Shown here piece by piece: positions 49,037-58,198 of a DNA stretch of 64,000 nt. Source of the DNA: Bacillota bacterium (lineage in GTDB: Bacteria > Bacillota > Sulfobacillia > DUSP01 > JBFMCS01). Positions within the stretch are counted from its first letter, which is position 1. Each line of letters starts with the position of its first letter. The stretch covers positions 8,347 to 72,346 of the forward strand of contig JBFMCS010000049.1 in NCBI GenBank assembly GCA_040754315.1, written 5' to 3'. The position numbers were made by a program, and so were the translations under genes. The notes under the pieces are model-generated. The model saw nothing but the letters and a program-made list of their open reading frames with translations. It was not told where the DNA came from and did no database searches.

Positions 49037-49209
49037 GGCCAAGCGGGAAAAGCGTCAGATTTGCCGGGTAAACAGCGCATTAGTTCAATACATCCGAAGG
49101 AATGTCAACAGCGCCCAGACCGCCAGGCCAGTTAGCAGCGCCACCGATAGGAGCAGCATCAACCCTGCGATTGTTCTTCCGGCCCCTGTTTCACGCGTTT
49201 TCGCCATTC

Positions 49210-49812
49210 CTAGTCCACCGATATCCTTAGGTATTCGCCAATCTCAACCAGGGCGACATCGACCCTCCCCCCATATAGTAACCCGTAGGCCGCGCGGGCA
49301 AACCGCACCCTGCGAATGAAGTGTCGAGTCTCAGCGTACGGTATTGATCCGATATCCTCCAGGGTCCCGTTCCAGGTTCCTTCGAGCCATGCTTGCACCT
49401 TTCCGCGCCCGCTGTTGTATGCGGCTAGCGCCACGACCTCATTCCCGTGGAACTCATCGTGCAGGTGGGCAAGGTACCAAGTCCCTATCTGGATGTTCAC
49501 CCTGGGGCCGTAAAGATCCTCAATCTCAACAGTCTCCAAGCCCATCTGGGAGGCGCACCACCGGGCGGTGTCAGGCATCAGCTGCATGAGCCCCCGGGCA
49601 CCCTTGGGCGAGAGCGCGAGGGGATCGAAACTGCTCTCCACCTGTATCACGGCGGCTACCAGGTGAGGGTCCAGGCGCTCCTGGTACGCATACTCCTTTA
49701 TAATGTCCCTGTAGGGCAGGGGAAAGAGCCTTGCCACGGCACCCCGCAGGAGAAGGCCTGCAGCCAGCAGGGCCACCACAGTCCACAGGCTTCTTTTAGC
49801 GATCCTTCCCAA
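49210..49812 (-). CDS. Lytic transglycosylase (SLT domain), membrane-anchored
   Basis: ES...GLMQL...AYNSG motifs. Confidence 0.75.
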   Translation of the reverse strand: MGRIAKRSLWTVVALLAAGLLLRGAVARLFPLPYRDIIKEYAYQERLDPHLVAAVIQVESSFDPLALSPKGARGLMQLMPDTARWCASQMGLETVEIEDLYGPRVNIQIGTWYLAHLHDEFHGNEVVALAAYNSGRGKVQAWLEGTWNGTLEDIGSIPYAETRHFIRRVRFARAAYGLLYGGRVDVALVEIGEYLRISVD

Positions 49813-50422
49813 TGGTCCCCCTCCGGTTCTTGAGCCCCTCCCAGAGATCCCTCACCCTGGACCTTAACTCGTCAAGGGTGCCAGAATTATCTATCACGAA
49901 GTGGGCTTGAGCCATTGCGTCTTTGACATCAATCTGTGAACCCAACCGACTCTGGGCCTCTTTTAGCCTCAGGCGGTCCCTTGCCAGTATGCGCCGGGTG
50001 CGCTCCCGGGCAGGGGCCGTCACCAGCCAGACCTCGTCTACCATGGACGCCATGCCGCACTCCAGCAGGAGTGGCGCTTCTACCACCAGGACCGCTGTAC
50101 CCCTTTGCCTTGACTCTTCGATCCTGTTCCGTATTAGCTGGAGGATGCGGGGGTGGGTGATCCTGTTCAGGTCCTCCAGGGCCGGAGGGTCTGCGAAGAC
50201 GAGGCGCCCCAGTCTTTCCCGGTCCAGGTTTCCACTTGGCAGCAGCATCTCCCGGCCAAATCTGTGGACGATCTCTTCGTAGGCCAGAGTACCGGGGCAC
50301 ACTACCTCTCGGGCTACCTCGTCGGCATCGATAATGGCGGCTCCAAGTTCCCGGAGCACCCTGGAGACAAAGGATTTCCCAGAGGCGATACCGCCGGTGA
50401 GGCCGATGACTACCATGCTCAT
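49796..50422 (-). CDS. coaE: Dephospho-CoA kinase
   Basis: VIGLTGGIASGKS P-loop at the N-terminus. About 200 aa. Confidence 0.85.
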   Translation of the reverse strand: MSMVVIGLTGGIASGKSFVSRVLRELGAAIIDADEVAREVVCPGTLAYEEIVHRFGREMLLPSGNLDRERLGRLVFADPPALEDLNRITHPRILQLIRNRIEESRQRGTAVLVVEAPLLLECGMASMVDEVWLVTAPARERTRRILARDRLRLKEAQSRLGSQIDVKDAMAQAHFVIDNSGTLDELRSRVRDLWEGLKNRRGTIGKDR

Positions 50423-50548
50423 CCCTCCGACTCACCTTAATTCTAACCACCCTAGCGTTATCGTCAATGCCCCGGCTTGAAGGAATCCCCAGCAAACCTG
50501 GCGAACTTCCCTCGGTACCAGTGCCATGGTTTCACGGGAGGGAAGAGA

Positions 50549-52105
50549 ATGACCCCGAGAATGAGGAAGCACCTGGAGGAACGGGAACAAGCCCAGCAGG
50601 CTCTCAGGGAGGGTGGGGGGCTCAAGCGGATACAGAAGCATCACCAGGCGGGGAAGTTCACGGCCTGGGAGAGGGTGCAGATGCTCTTTGATCCCGGTAC
50701 CTTCGTGGAAACCGGTAAGTTCATGGAGCAAAGGCAAGGAGGGCTGGTCCAGGAGGGCACGGCCATCCCGGGCGAGGGCGTTATTACCGGACATGGCCTC
50801 GTGGACGGGCGAATGGCCTACATTTACGCCCAGGACTTCACCGTGATAGGGGGAAGCATCGGGGAGATGCATGCCCTTAAGGCCTGCCGGGCCATGGACT
50901 ACGCACTGAAGTGCGGGGTGCCCATGGTGGCTCTGAACGACTCGGGCGGCGCCCGCATACAGGAGGGTGTACCCGCCCTGGACGGTGTGGGCCAGACCTT
51001 CATGAGGAATACCAGAGCCTCAGGGGTGATACCCCAGATATCGGTGATCATGGGGCCATGCGCGGGTGGCGCCGTCTACTCCCCTGCCCTGACTGACTTC
51101 GTGTTTATGGTGGATAGGACTAGCCACATGTTCATAACCGGACCCCAGGTCATCAAGGTGACCACGGGGGAGGAGATCGACTCGGAGGCGCTGGGCGGCG
51201 CCGCAACCCATAATGAAAAGAGCGGTGTCGCCCACTTCTTCTGTGACTCGGAGAAGGATGCCCTGGCCAAGGTAAAAACCCTCCTGGGCTACCTTCCCTC
51301 CAACAACGCGAGCCCGCCTCCCTGGAGAGACCTGGGGGATGACCCGGCCAGGGCTGAGGAGAGCCTCAGGGATAGCGTGCCCGAGGACCGGGATGAGGAC
51401 TACGATGTTATCCCGGTCCTTGACGCGGTGCTGGACCGGGGGAGCCTCTTCCAGGTTCACCAGAGGTATGGGCGTAGCGTCATCACAGGATTCGGTCGCC
51501 TTGACGGTCACGTGGTTGCAGTGGTCTCAAGCCAGCCTCTGGCGGGTTCCGGGTTCCTGGACAGGGATGCCTGTGACAAGGCCGCCCGCTTCATGCGGTT
51601 CGCGGACGCCTTCGGCATACCCCTGGTAACCTTTGTGGATACCCCGGGCTTTCTCCCGTCCCTGGAGGAAGAGAGGGGCGGCCTCGCACGGCATGCCGCC
51701 AAGATGTTCTACGCATACGCAGAGGCGACGGTGCCCAAGGTTGGCGTGCTCCTCAGGAAGGCTCATGGCACAGCACCCCTGGCCCTGGCCGGGAAGAGCA
51801 TGGGAGCGGACGTGGTGCTGGCGTGGCCCACGGCGGAGGTCTCCCTGATTTCCCCGGAGGGCGCCTCGTCCATCCTTTTGCACGAAGACATTGTCTCAGC
51901 GCCTGATCCCATCGCGTCAAGACAGGAGGGTGTACAGCGCTACGCCCGGGAGGAAGCATCACCATACAGGGCTGCCGCCCGGGGGCTGGTGGATGACGTG
52001 ATAGACCCAAAGCATACCAGGTGGCACCTTATCAGCGCCCTCAGGGGCCTGGAGGGAAAGAGGGAGATGAGACCCCCCAAGAAGCACGGGAACCTCCCTG
52101 CCTGA
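50549..52105 (+). CDS. Acyl-CoA carboxylase carboxyltransferase subunit (propionyl-CoA carboxylase beta / methylmalonyl-CoA decarboxylase alpha family)
   Basis: Two crotonase-fold CT domains. ATG after GGGAGGGAAG; the track ORF starts at TTG 50477. Confidence 0.8.
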   Translation: MTPRMRKHLEEREQAQQALREGGGLKRIQKHHQAGKFTAWERVQMLFDPGTFVETGKFMEQRQGGLVQEGTAIPGEGVITGHGLVDGRMAYIYAQDFTVIGGSIGEMHALKACRAMDYALKCGVPMVALNDSGGARIQEGVPALDGVGQTFMRNTRASGVIPQISVIMGPCAGGAVYSPALTDFVFMVDRTSHMFITGPQVIKVTTGEEIDSEALGGAATHNEKSGVAHFFCDSEKDALAKVKTLLGYLPSNNASPPPWRDLGDDPARAEESLRDSVPEDRDEDYDVIPVLDAVLDRGSLFQVHQRYGRSVITGFGRLDGHVVAVVSSQPLAGSGFLDRDACDKAARFMRFADAFGIPLVTFVDTPGFLPSLEEERGGLARHAAKMFYAYAEATVPKVGVLLRKAHGTAPLALAGKSMGADVVLAWPTAEVSLISPEGASSILLHEDIVSAPDPIASRQEGVQRYAREEASPYRAAARGLVDDVIDPKHTRWHLISALRGLEGKREMRPPKKHGNLPA

Positions 52106-52128
52106 ACAAAGCGAATAGAGGCCCGGGT

Positions 52129-53640
52129 TCACTGTTCACCCTCCGGGTGGCTGGGCTCCCGGGTTTTTGCATTCTCCCCTTCCTGAGGAGGCGCGAGACA
52201 GGAGGCGAGGGCCGGGTCCTCCCGGCCGGGTACCCCCTGCCGCCCTTCTAGGGCCAGGCGGCTCCGGCGGTACCCGTAGACCACGTACACGATGAGCCCT
52301 ACCGTGAGCCAGACAAGGAAGCGTACCCAGGTGTGGGCGGGGAGGTTGAGCATCAGGTAGATGGAGGTGGCCCCGGAGAGAATGGGAACCGCGGGGAATA
52401 GGGGCACCCTGAAGGGCCGGGGGAGCTCGGGGTGTGTGTAGCGGAGCACTATGACACCCACACTCACCAGGACGAAGGCCCCCAGGGTGCCGATGTTGGC
52501 CAGCTCCGCCACCAGGCCTATGGGAAGAAGCCCTCCGATGAGGGCTACCAGGGACGCCGTGAGCAGGATGATGATGTGGGGAGTGCCGTACCTGGGGTGA
52601 AGCCTCACGAAACAAGGTGGAAGAAGACCGTCCCGGGACATGGCGAAGAACACCCGGCTCTGTCCAAAGATGTTTACAAGTATGACACTGCTCAACCCTA
52701 CCAGGGCCCCCACGGAGATGGCGGCGGAGGCCCAGGGAGCCCCCACCTGCAGGAGGGCAAAGCTCAGGGGTGATGCGACGTTCAGGAACCGGTAACTCAC
52801 AAGACCAGTAAGGGTCAATGCGACCATGACGTATAGAATACTGGAGACTGCCAGTGAACCCAGTATCCCCAGGGGGAGGTCTCGCCCGGGGTTCTTCACC
52901 TCCTCTGCGGCGGTGGAGATGGCATCAAAGCCAATGTAGGCAAAGAACACGATGGCGGCCCCGGTGACGACGCCCTGGATGCCGAAGGGGGCAAATGGGA
53001 CCCACAAGCCTGGGTCGAGCCGGAGGGCCCCCACGAAGAGGAACAGCAGGATAGCCCCGAGTTTCACCAGCACGATCACATTGTTGGCGATGGCGGACTC
53101 CCGGGTGCCCAGGATCAGGACACCCGCAACCAGCCCTACCACTACCAGGGCAGGGAGGTTAACAACTCCCCCCATGGCTGGCGGGGCGGTGAGTGCCGCT
53201 GGCAGGGTCACCCCGGCGGATTCCAGCAAGTTGACGAGATAGCCTGACCACCCGATGGCCACCGCCGCGGCTGCCACCGTGTACTCCAGTATGAGGTCCC
53301 ACCCGACTATCCAGGCGGCAAACTCACCCAGAGAGGCGTAGGAGTAGACATAGGCGCTCCCGGCCACTGGTACCATTGCAGCCAGCTCGGCGTAGACCAG
53401 GGCGGCCAGCGCCGCGGCGATGCCGGCAAGCAAGAAGGAAATAACAGCGGCGGGTCCTGCGAAACGCGCTGCGGTCACGCCTGTAAGCACGAAGATGCCA
53501 GTACCTATTATGGCACCGATGCCCATGGTGGTGAGGTCGAGGGCACCCAGGCGACGTCTCAGGCCCCGGTCCCCGCTGGCTTTCTCTTCCTGGAAGATAC
53601 GGTCTACAGGCTTCCTCCTGAGGAAGTCATCTGCACGCAT
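52129..53640 (-). CDS. APC-superfamily amino-acid permease
   Basis: 12-TM APC architecture (GIGAIIGTGIFVLTG). Confidence 0.75.
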   Translation of the reverse strand: MRADDFLRRKPVDRIFQEEKASGDRGLRRRLGALDLTTMGIGAIIGTGIFVLTGVTAARFAGPAAVISFLLAGIAAALAALVYAELAAMVPVAGSAYVYSYASLGEFAAWIVGWDLILEYTVAAAAVAIGWSGYLVNLLESAGVTLPAALTAPPAMGGVVNLPALVVVGLVAGVLILGTRESAIANNVIVLVKLGAILLFLFVGALRLDPGLWVPFAPFGIQGVVTGAAIVFFAYIGFDAISTAAEEVKNPGRDLPLGILGSLAVSSILYVMVALTLTGLVSYRFLNVASPLSFALLQVGAPWASAAISVGALVGLSSVILVNIFGQSRVFFAMSRDGLLPPCFVRLHPRYGTPHIIILLTASLVALIGGLLPIGLVAELANIGTLGAFVLVSVGVIVLRYTHPELPRPFRVPLFPAVPILSGATSIYLMLNLPAHTWVRFLVWLTVGLIVYVVYGYRRSRLALEGRQGVPGREDPALASCLAPPQEGENAKTREPSHPEGEQ

Positions 53641-53755
53641 GATGATGCTAGTATTGGGCTGCCCCTTATCAACTATTCCCATGCCCCGGGGGTCAATTCC
53701 CGTGGAGGTTTCCGGCAGTACCGGGAAGAACTAGAAACGCTGTGGAGGTCTGCCA

Positions 53756-54658
53756 GTGAGGTTTGTCATCCTGTTACTTCTACTGTCCCTTGCCGGGTGC
53801 CAGCGGCATCCCGCTGTTGAGCAGCCCTGGGAACCGCCCCCTGGGGAACAGGTATCTAGACCCATGAGCGCTAGCCTTGAGCCCGGAGACCTGGAGCCAG
53901 GGGGGTACACCGTTGTCCTCATCTTTAACGCAGAGGCGCCTGTACGGGTGATCCTGGATCTTCCGGATGCCCCGGAACCCAAGGTGTTCTTGCACGGCTC
54001 AAGGGGCATAGCCCTGGTTCCCGCGGGCTCCAGCACCGAGCCCGGCGACTACAAGGTGAGGGTGGTCTCCGGCTCCGGCACAAGTAGCCTGTGTGTGAGT
54101 GTGCGCCAGCGTAACTTCCCCACGGAACACCTGGCGGTTTCCTCAAGCCTCGCCTCCCTCAGGGACCCGGGCCTCTTTGAGGAGGACCACCATCACACAG
54201 CCGGGGCCCGGGCCGCCAGTGACGAGAGGCCTCTGTGGGAGGGCAACTTCCTCATGCCCGTCGAGGGCCCCATCACATCCGGTTTTGGCCTGGTGAGGTT
54301 CGTCAACGGTGTGCCCTCAGGCCACCACTCGGGGATCGACATAGCCGCGCCCAGAGGCACCCCTGTGATCGCCGCCAACTCGGGGGTGACTGTGATGGCC
54401 AGGGAACTCAACGTCTCGGGGAATACCATCATCATCGACCACGGCTTGAACGTATTCTCCGCCTACTCCCACCTGGACGAGATCCTGGTGGAAAGGGGAG
54501 ATGTGGTCAAGAAGGGCAGGGTGATCGGAAGGGCTGGGTCAACTGGCTTCTCCACCGGCTCCCACCTGCACTGGACGGTTTCAGTGGGGCCCGTGTTCGT
54601 GGACCCCCTCCTCGCGGTAAAGGAGGGCTTCGTGGTGCCTTGGCCACTACTGGATTAG
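53756..54658 (+). CDS. M23-family metallopeptidase lipoprotein
   Basis: Lipobox LLSLAGC. HxxxD ... HLH motifs (GIDIAAPRGTPV ... GSHLHW). Confidence 0.8.
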   Translation: MRFVILLLLLSLAGCQRHPAVEQPWEPPPGEQVSRPMSASLEPGDLEPGGYTVVLIFNAEAPVRVILDLPDAPEPKVFLHGSRGIALVPAGSSTEPGDYKVRVVSGSGTSSLCVSVRQRNFPTEHLAVSSSLASLRDPGLFEEDHHHTAGARAASDERPLWEGNFLMPVEGPITSGFGLVRFVNGVPSGHHSGIDIAAPRGTPVIAANSGVTVMARELNVSGNTIIIDHGLNVFSAYSHLDEILVERGDVVKKGRVIGRAGSTGFSTGSHLHWTVSVGPVFVDPLLAVKEGFVVPWPLLD

Positions 54659-55501
54659 CCCCTCCTGGCGGGCAGCCCTCCCGGCGGTGTCGTGCAGGGG
54701 GATGGGGAGGAGGGCTCCGGTCTCCTCCAGGAAGGCCTCGGCCAGCAAGGACACCACTTCCCCGTTAAGATCCCTATGGCCCACTATGATCAGGGGCAGC
54801 CGCAGTGTCCTGCCATCCGTTGGAAGACGATAAGTTTCCGCAGGTACACTTGCCTTTGCCAGGAACGGGTTTGCTTCTTTGAGCCTCTGGATGGCAGTGT
54901 GCTCCAGCTCGACCCAAGCGAAACCCTCATCCTCCAGGAGGAGCCCTACGCCCGGCGCGCCTTGGGGCAGGAAGAACATGGCGGCATCCAGAGTGCCCTC
55001 CTGCAGGCCTTTAATGGACTGGGAGGGCGTCTTGTCCAGGCACTGGAAACTATCCAACCTGATGCCCGAGGCGTTAAGCACCCCAGCCAGGTAGCGCCGC
55101 CCGTCTCCGGCCTCCAGGCCCACCCGGAGCCCGTCCAGGGCCCGCAGCGACTCAAGAGGCCCCGCTGTGGCCTGCAGGATGTGAAGGTCAAGGAAGCCCG
55201 CAATGGCGATGCCTCTCAGCCTCCGGAAGGAGGGCTCGCTCCTGTAGAGGTCCCAGGTCACGTCCGCCGGGAGCAGCGCCAGTTGAGCCTGGCCTCTGGC
55301 CACCATTCCCGCCGCCTGGCGCGGTTCCCCTGCGAGATACACCTCCGAGGGGATCCCGGACTGCGCCAGTATGTCCAGCACCTGCCTCTCGAAACCCTCG
55401 TATCCCTCCATGCCGCAGGAGGCCAGTGTCACCCCGGGGGTGGGCCCTCCCAGGCAGCCAGAGGAAAGCAGGGCCACAAGCACAAGAACCAGGGTACGCA
55501 T
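54647..55501 (-). CDS. Periplasmic substrate-binding lipoprotein (TAXI / PhnD-like superfamily)
   Basis: Lipobox LLSSGC and a two-lobed type-II SBP-like body. Adjacent to DUF1850. Confidence 0.5.
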   Translation of the reverse strand: MRTLVLVLVALLSSGCLGGPTPGVTLASCGMEGYEGFERQVLDILAQSGIPSEVYLAGEPRQAAGMVARGQAQLALLPADVTWDLYRSEPSFRRLRGIAIAGFLDLHILQATAGPLESLRALDGLRVGLEAGDGRRYLAGVLNASGIRLDSFQCLDKTPSQSIKGLQEGTLDAAMFFLPQGAPGVGLLLEDEGFAWVELEHTAIQRLKEANPFLAKASVPAETYRLPTDGRTLRLPLIIVGHRDLNGEVVSLLAEAFLEETGALLPIPLHDTAGRAARQEGLIQ

Positions 55502-55574
55502 GCGGTCACTCCCTCCCGGCATCGTCTTGGGGCTGGGAGGGCCCCTGATCACTCCTATGCCCTGATCTTGGCGG

Positions 55575-56075
55575 TTAGCCCTGCCTTGGCCTGTCCAGGA
55601 GGAATTCGTGCCAGGGGATCCTCCTGGTACGCACGCTGACCAGTGCCAGGGTTCCCTCCTGGGGTCCTAGCGGTACGGACATGCTGCCCATGGTGAACCG
55701 GTGCTTGGTGAAGTGCTGGCTCCTGAAGAGGATCTCCTCCATGGCCTCGGCCTCCACCCGGAGGATCATGGTGCCCTCGGTGATGGAGTGGTTCTCCCAG
55801 GGTGATATGGCCTCCAGGCCAGCCCCAAAGGAAGGGTAGGAGGTCTCAAGGGGGCGGATGGATCCATCCGTCTCTATCCGGAAGGTCCCGGCAACTTCGA
55901 TGCCCTCGACGGAGTGGAGGAAGGAAACCTGGAAGGTGCCGCCCGCACTCGCCCTGGCCCGGGCCGCCAGGTTTCCCTCGCAGTCTATCTCAAGGACCAT
56001 GATCCTTGGGGAAAGGGCGAGATAAAGGACGGTGGCCCCCGCCAGGAGCCCAAGGCACCACCGCCTCACTCTCAT
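55575..56075 (-). CDS. DUF1850-domain protein (TAXI-TRAP associated)
   Basis: N-terminal TM helix. SFGAGLE-type motif typical of DUF1850. Confidence 0.5.
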   Translation of the reverse strand: MRVRRWCLGLLAGATVLYLALSPRIMVLEIDCEGNLAARARASAGGTFQVSFLHSVEGIEVAGTFRIETDGSIRPLETSYPSFGAGLEAISPWENHSITEGTMILRVEAEAMEEILFRSQHFTKHRFTMGSMSVPLGPQEGTLALVSVRTRRIPWHEFLLDRPRQG

Positions 56076-56547
56076 GAACTGGCCAGCGCCAGCTGGCTCT
56101 TTGCCCTGCGTTACTGCCCAAAGCAGATCAGGGCAAAGATCCCTAGGCCAATGATATCAGTCCATATGTCTGGCTTGACCAGGGCTAGTGCCACCCCTGC
56201 CAGGATTATGCGCTCCCACCAGTGAGTCTTTACCACCAGGTGCCCTTGGACAAAGGCTGAGAAGGCAGCGTGACGTCTGTTCCATCGCCCGCAGCATTGT
56301 CAAGTCATTCCCCTTCAGTGCTACAAAAGCCATTTCCTGTGCCCTCTCACCTCCCCCCTGGACGTATACCTCCCGCCAACGTCCTTCAAGCCGGGGGGCT
56401 CTATGCCCGTGGGGAATGGCCTTGGGAGAATTCACTGGTGATTTGGTAGGATTCTCGGTGATTGAGGCACAACCAGACTGCAATGGGCAGGGGAAGAGAC
56501 GAGCGCCCCCAGCAGGCTCCTGGAGGCGCACTGGTGAACGGCGTCCG

Positions 56548-57999
56548 TTACTTCCTCGCTTTGGCCACGGCCCTGTTAACGATCAAATTGAGTTCCGCCC
56601 GGAGCCTCTCGTCCAGGATATCCGGCCGGTGCTTGCCCAGTACTTCATCAACACGTTCGGCGGCTCTTTGACCCAGGGTCTTGCTGCCTTGCGCCACCCA
56701 GTTGTCATAGATCCCGCGTTCGAAGAGATCTGGGTAGTAGTGCTGGCGGAAGTTCCTGAAGGTGTGATCCAGGTGGATGTACTGCTCTTTGTGGGCTATT
56801 TCATTGATCAGGTCCATTGCCAGGGTCTCGTCGTTCACCTCAAGTTCTTTCGCATAGGTTTTTATCCAGCGGATGATCTCCGTACATATGGCAAGCATCT
56901 GGAAGGAGTAGGTGAGGCCGGACTCCAGGTAGCCCACGTCGTGGACGATGCCGCCGCCAGACATGGACTCCGCCATCAGCGTGAGGGCCGCTTCCGCCGC
57001 CGCCTGCTGATCGGCGGTCTTGGCTTCGGACGCCCCGCCGATGGAGAATACAGGGAGTTGGTAGTAGTGACCCATGGCCACCATCATGCTCCGGGCATCA
57101 GGCTGGCAGTAAGGGGCCACCGTTGTGCGGAGGTCCATGGGGGCTCCACCCCAGCCGGGGATTATGATGGGTGCCCCTTCCCGTTTGAGCTGGGAGATAA
57201 CTATCCCGGCCAGGACACCGGCAAGTGTCAGGGCGACAGACCCGGGGACGGTTACGGGCCCGGTAACGCCGCTGCAGACGTCGGGCGCGTAGATGGCAGG
57301 TAGGCCCTTGTCCGCCAGGAACAGCAGTTTTTGAAGGGCTTCCTCGTTGTGGCGAAGGCCCGTGGTGACATTCACGTAGCCCACCACGTTGGGCCTGCGG
57401 CGAAGACTGTCCTCTCCACCAGCTACGATCTGGGCCATTTCCACGACATCGACGCAGCCCTCGTACTCATATGTCACGAAGAGGATGGGCTTCTTTGTAT
57501 ATGATAGCAGGACCTCCATCTGGTAACGGTCTGCCAGGGTCATGTCGACGTCCGCCGGCAGTACCATGGACATGACGAAGTCTATTTCGGGTAGCCCGTC
57601 ACAGAGGGTGACCCCCTCCACGACATCCTGGATCTTAGGTTTCCGGCGCTGGCTCGTGTGATGGTCCAGGATGTGCAGGCAGTCAGATCCAGGGCCAAAG
57701 AACACCTGGTGTCCCTCCACGGGCATTGCCAGTTCCCCGTCACGGTTGAAGAGAGCCACGCGTTTCGGCACGGTCACCAGTGCCTTCTCCACCAGGCCGG
57801 ACCGGATCCTCACGAGGTTCCCGTCCACGTCCACTCCGGCGGAAGCCAATAGCTCGATGGCTTCCCGAGAGTAAAGGAGCACACCGACGCGCTCCAGGAT
57901 CTCCAGGGAAGCCCAGTGGATCTTCTGGCACTGGGCCTCGGACATGTAGCTGAAGTGAGGCGACTTGAAGGTTTTGTCGTTCATGAGAAGATTGGTCAT
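56548..57999 (-). CDS. MttB-superfamily corrinoid-dependent methyltransferase, second paralog (non-pyrrolysine)
   Basis: SEAQCQKIHWASLEILERVG N-terminus and a full TIM-barrel body without an amber codon. ATG at 57999 after GGGAGGTAAAG; the track ORF starts at 58047. Confidence 0.8.
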   Translation of the reverse strand: MTNLLMNDKTFKSPHFSYMSEAQCQKIHWASLEILERVGVLLYSREAIELLASAGVDVDGNLVRIRSGLVEKALVTVPKRVALFNRDGELAMPVEGHQVFFGPGSDCLHILDHHTSQRRKPKIQDVVEGVTLCDGLPEIDFVMSMVLPADVDMTLADRYQMEVLLSYTKKPILFVTYEYEGCVDVVEMAQIVAGGEDSLRRRPNVVGYVNVTTGLRHNEEALQKLLFLADKGLPAIYAPDVCSGVTGPVTVPGSVALTLAGVLAGIVISQLKREGAPIIIPGWGGAPMDLRTTVAPYCQPDARSMMVAMGHYYQLPVFSIGGASEAKTADQQAAAEAALTLMAESMSGGGIVHDVGYLESGLTYSFQMLAICTEIIRWIKTYAKELEVNDETLAMDLINEIAHKEQYIHLDHTFRNFRQHYYPDLFERGIYDNWVAQGSKTLGQRAAERVDEVLGKHRPDILDERLRAELNLIVNRAVAKARK

Positions 58000-58198
58000 T
58001 GGCTTTACCTCCCTGTGCACGCTCCGCCCATCCACGCGGGAGAGCACACCCTTTGTTGGGCCCCTGCCGTGACAGGGGATTTCGTCCCTGTTTCCGTTTC
58101 GACTCCCATCGACACCCCTGTGGGTGAAGGGGTCTCAGTTCGTCCCTGGACCGCACCGGCTACGGTAACACGCCACGGCCCTCCGGGTACTGCCCGGC

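Noticed and set aside
52140-52190. Terminator-like ccggg...cccggGTTTTT after the carboxyltransferase gene.
   Set aside because: The stem is only 5 bp, and it lies inside the C-terminal tail of the convergent permease ORF. It is too weak to call.
56076-56547. 124-aa ORF 56157..56531 and a 41-aa hydrophobic frame in the DUF1850-mttB2 gap.
   Set aside because: The 124-aa ORF is low-complexity with no signals. The 41-aa frame is mentioned only as a possible permease remnant, not called as a feature.
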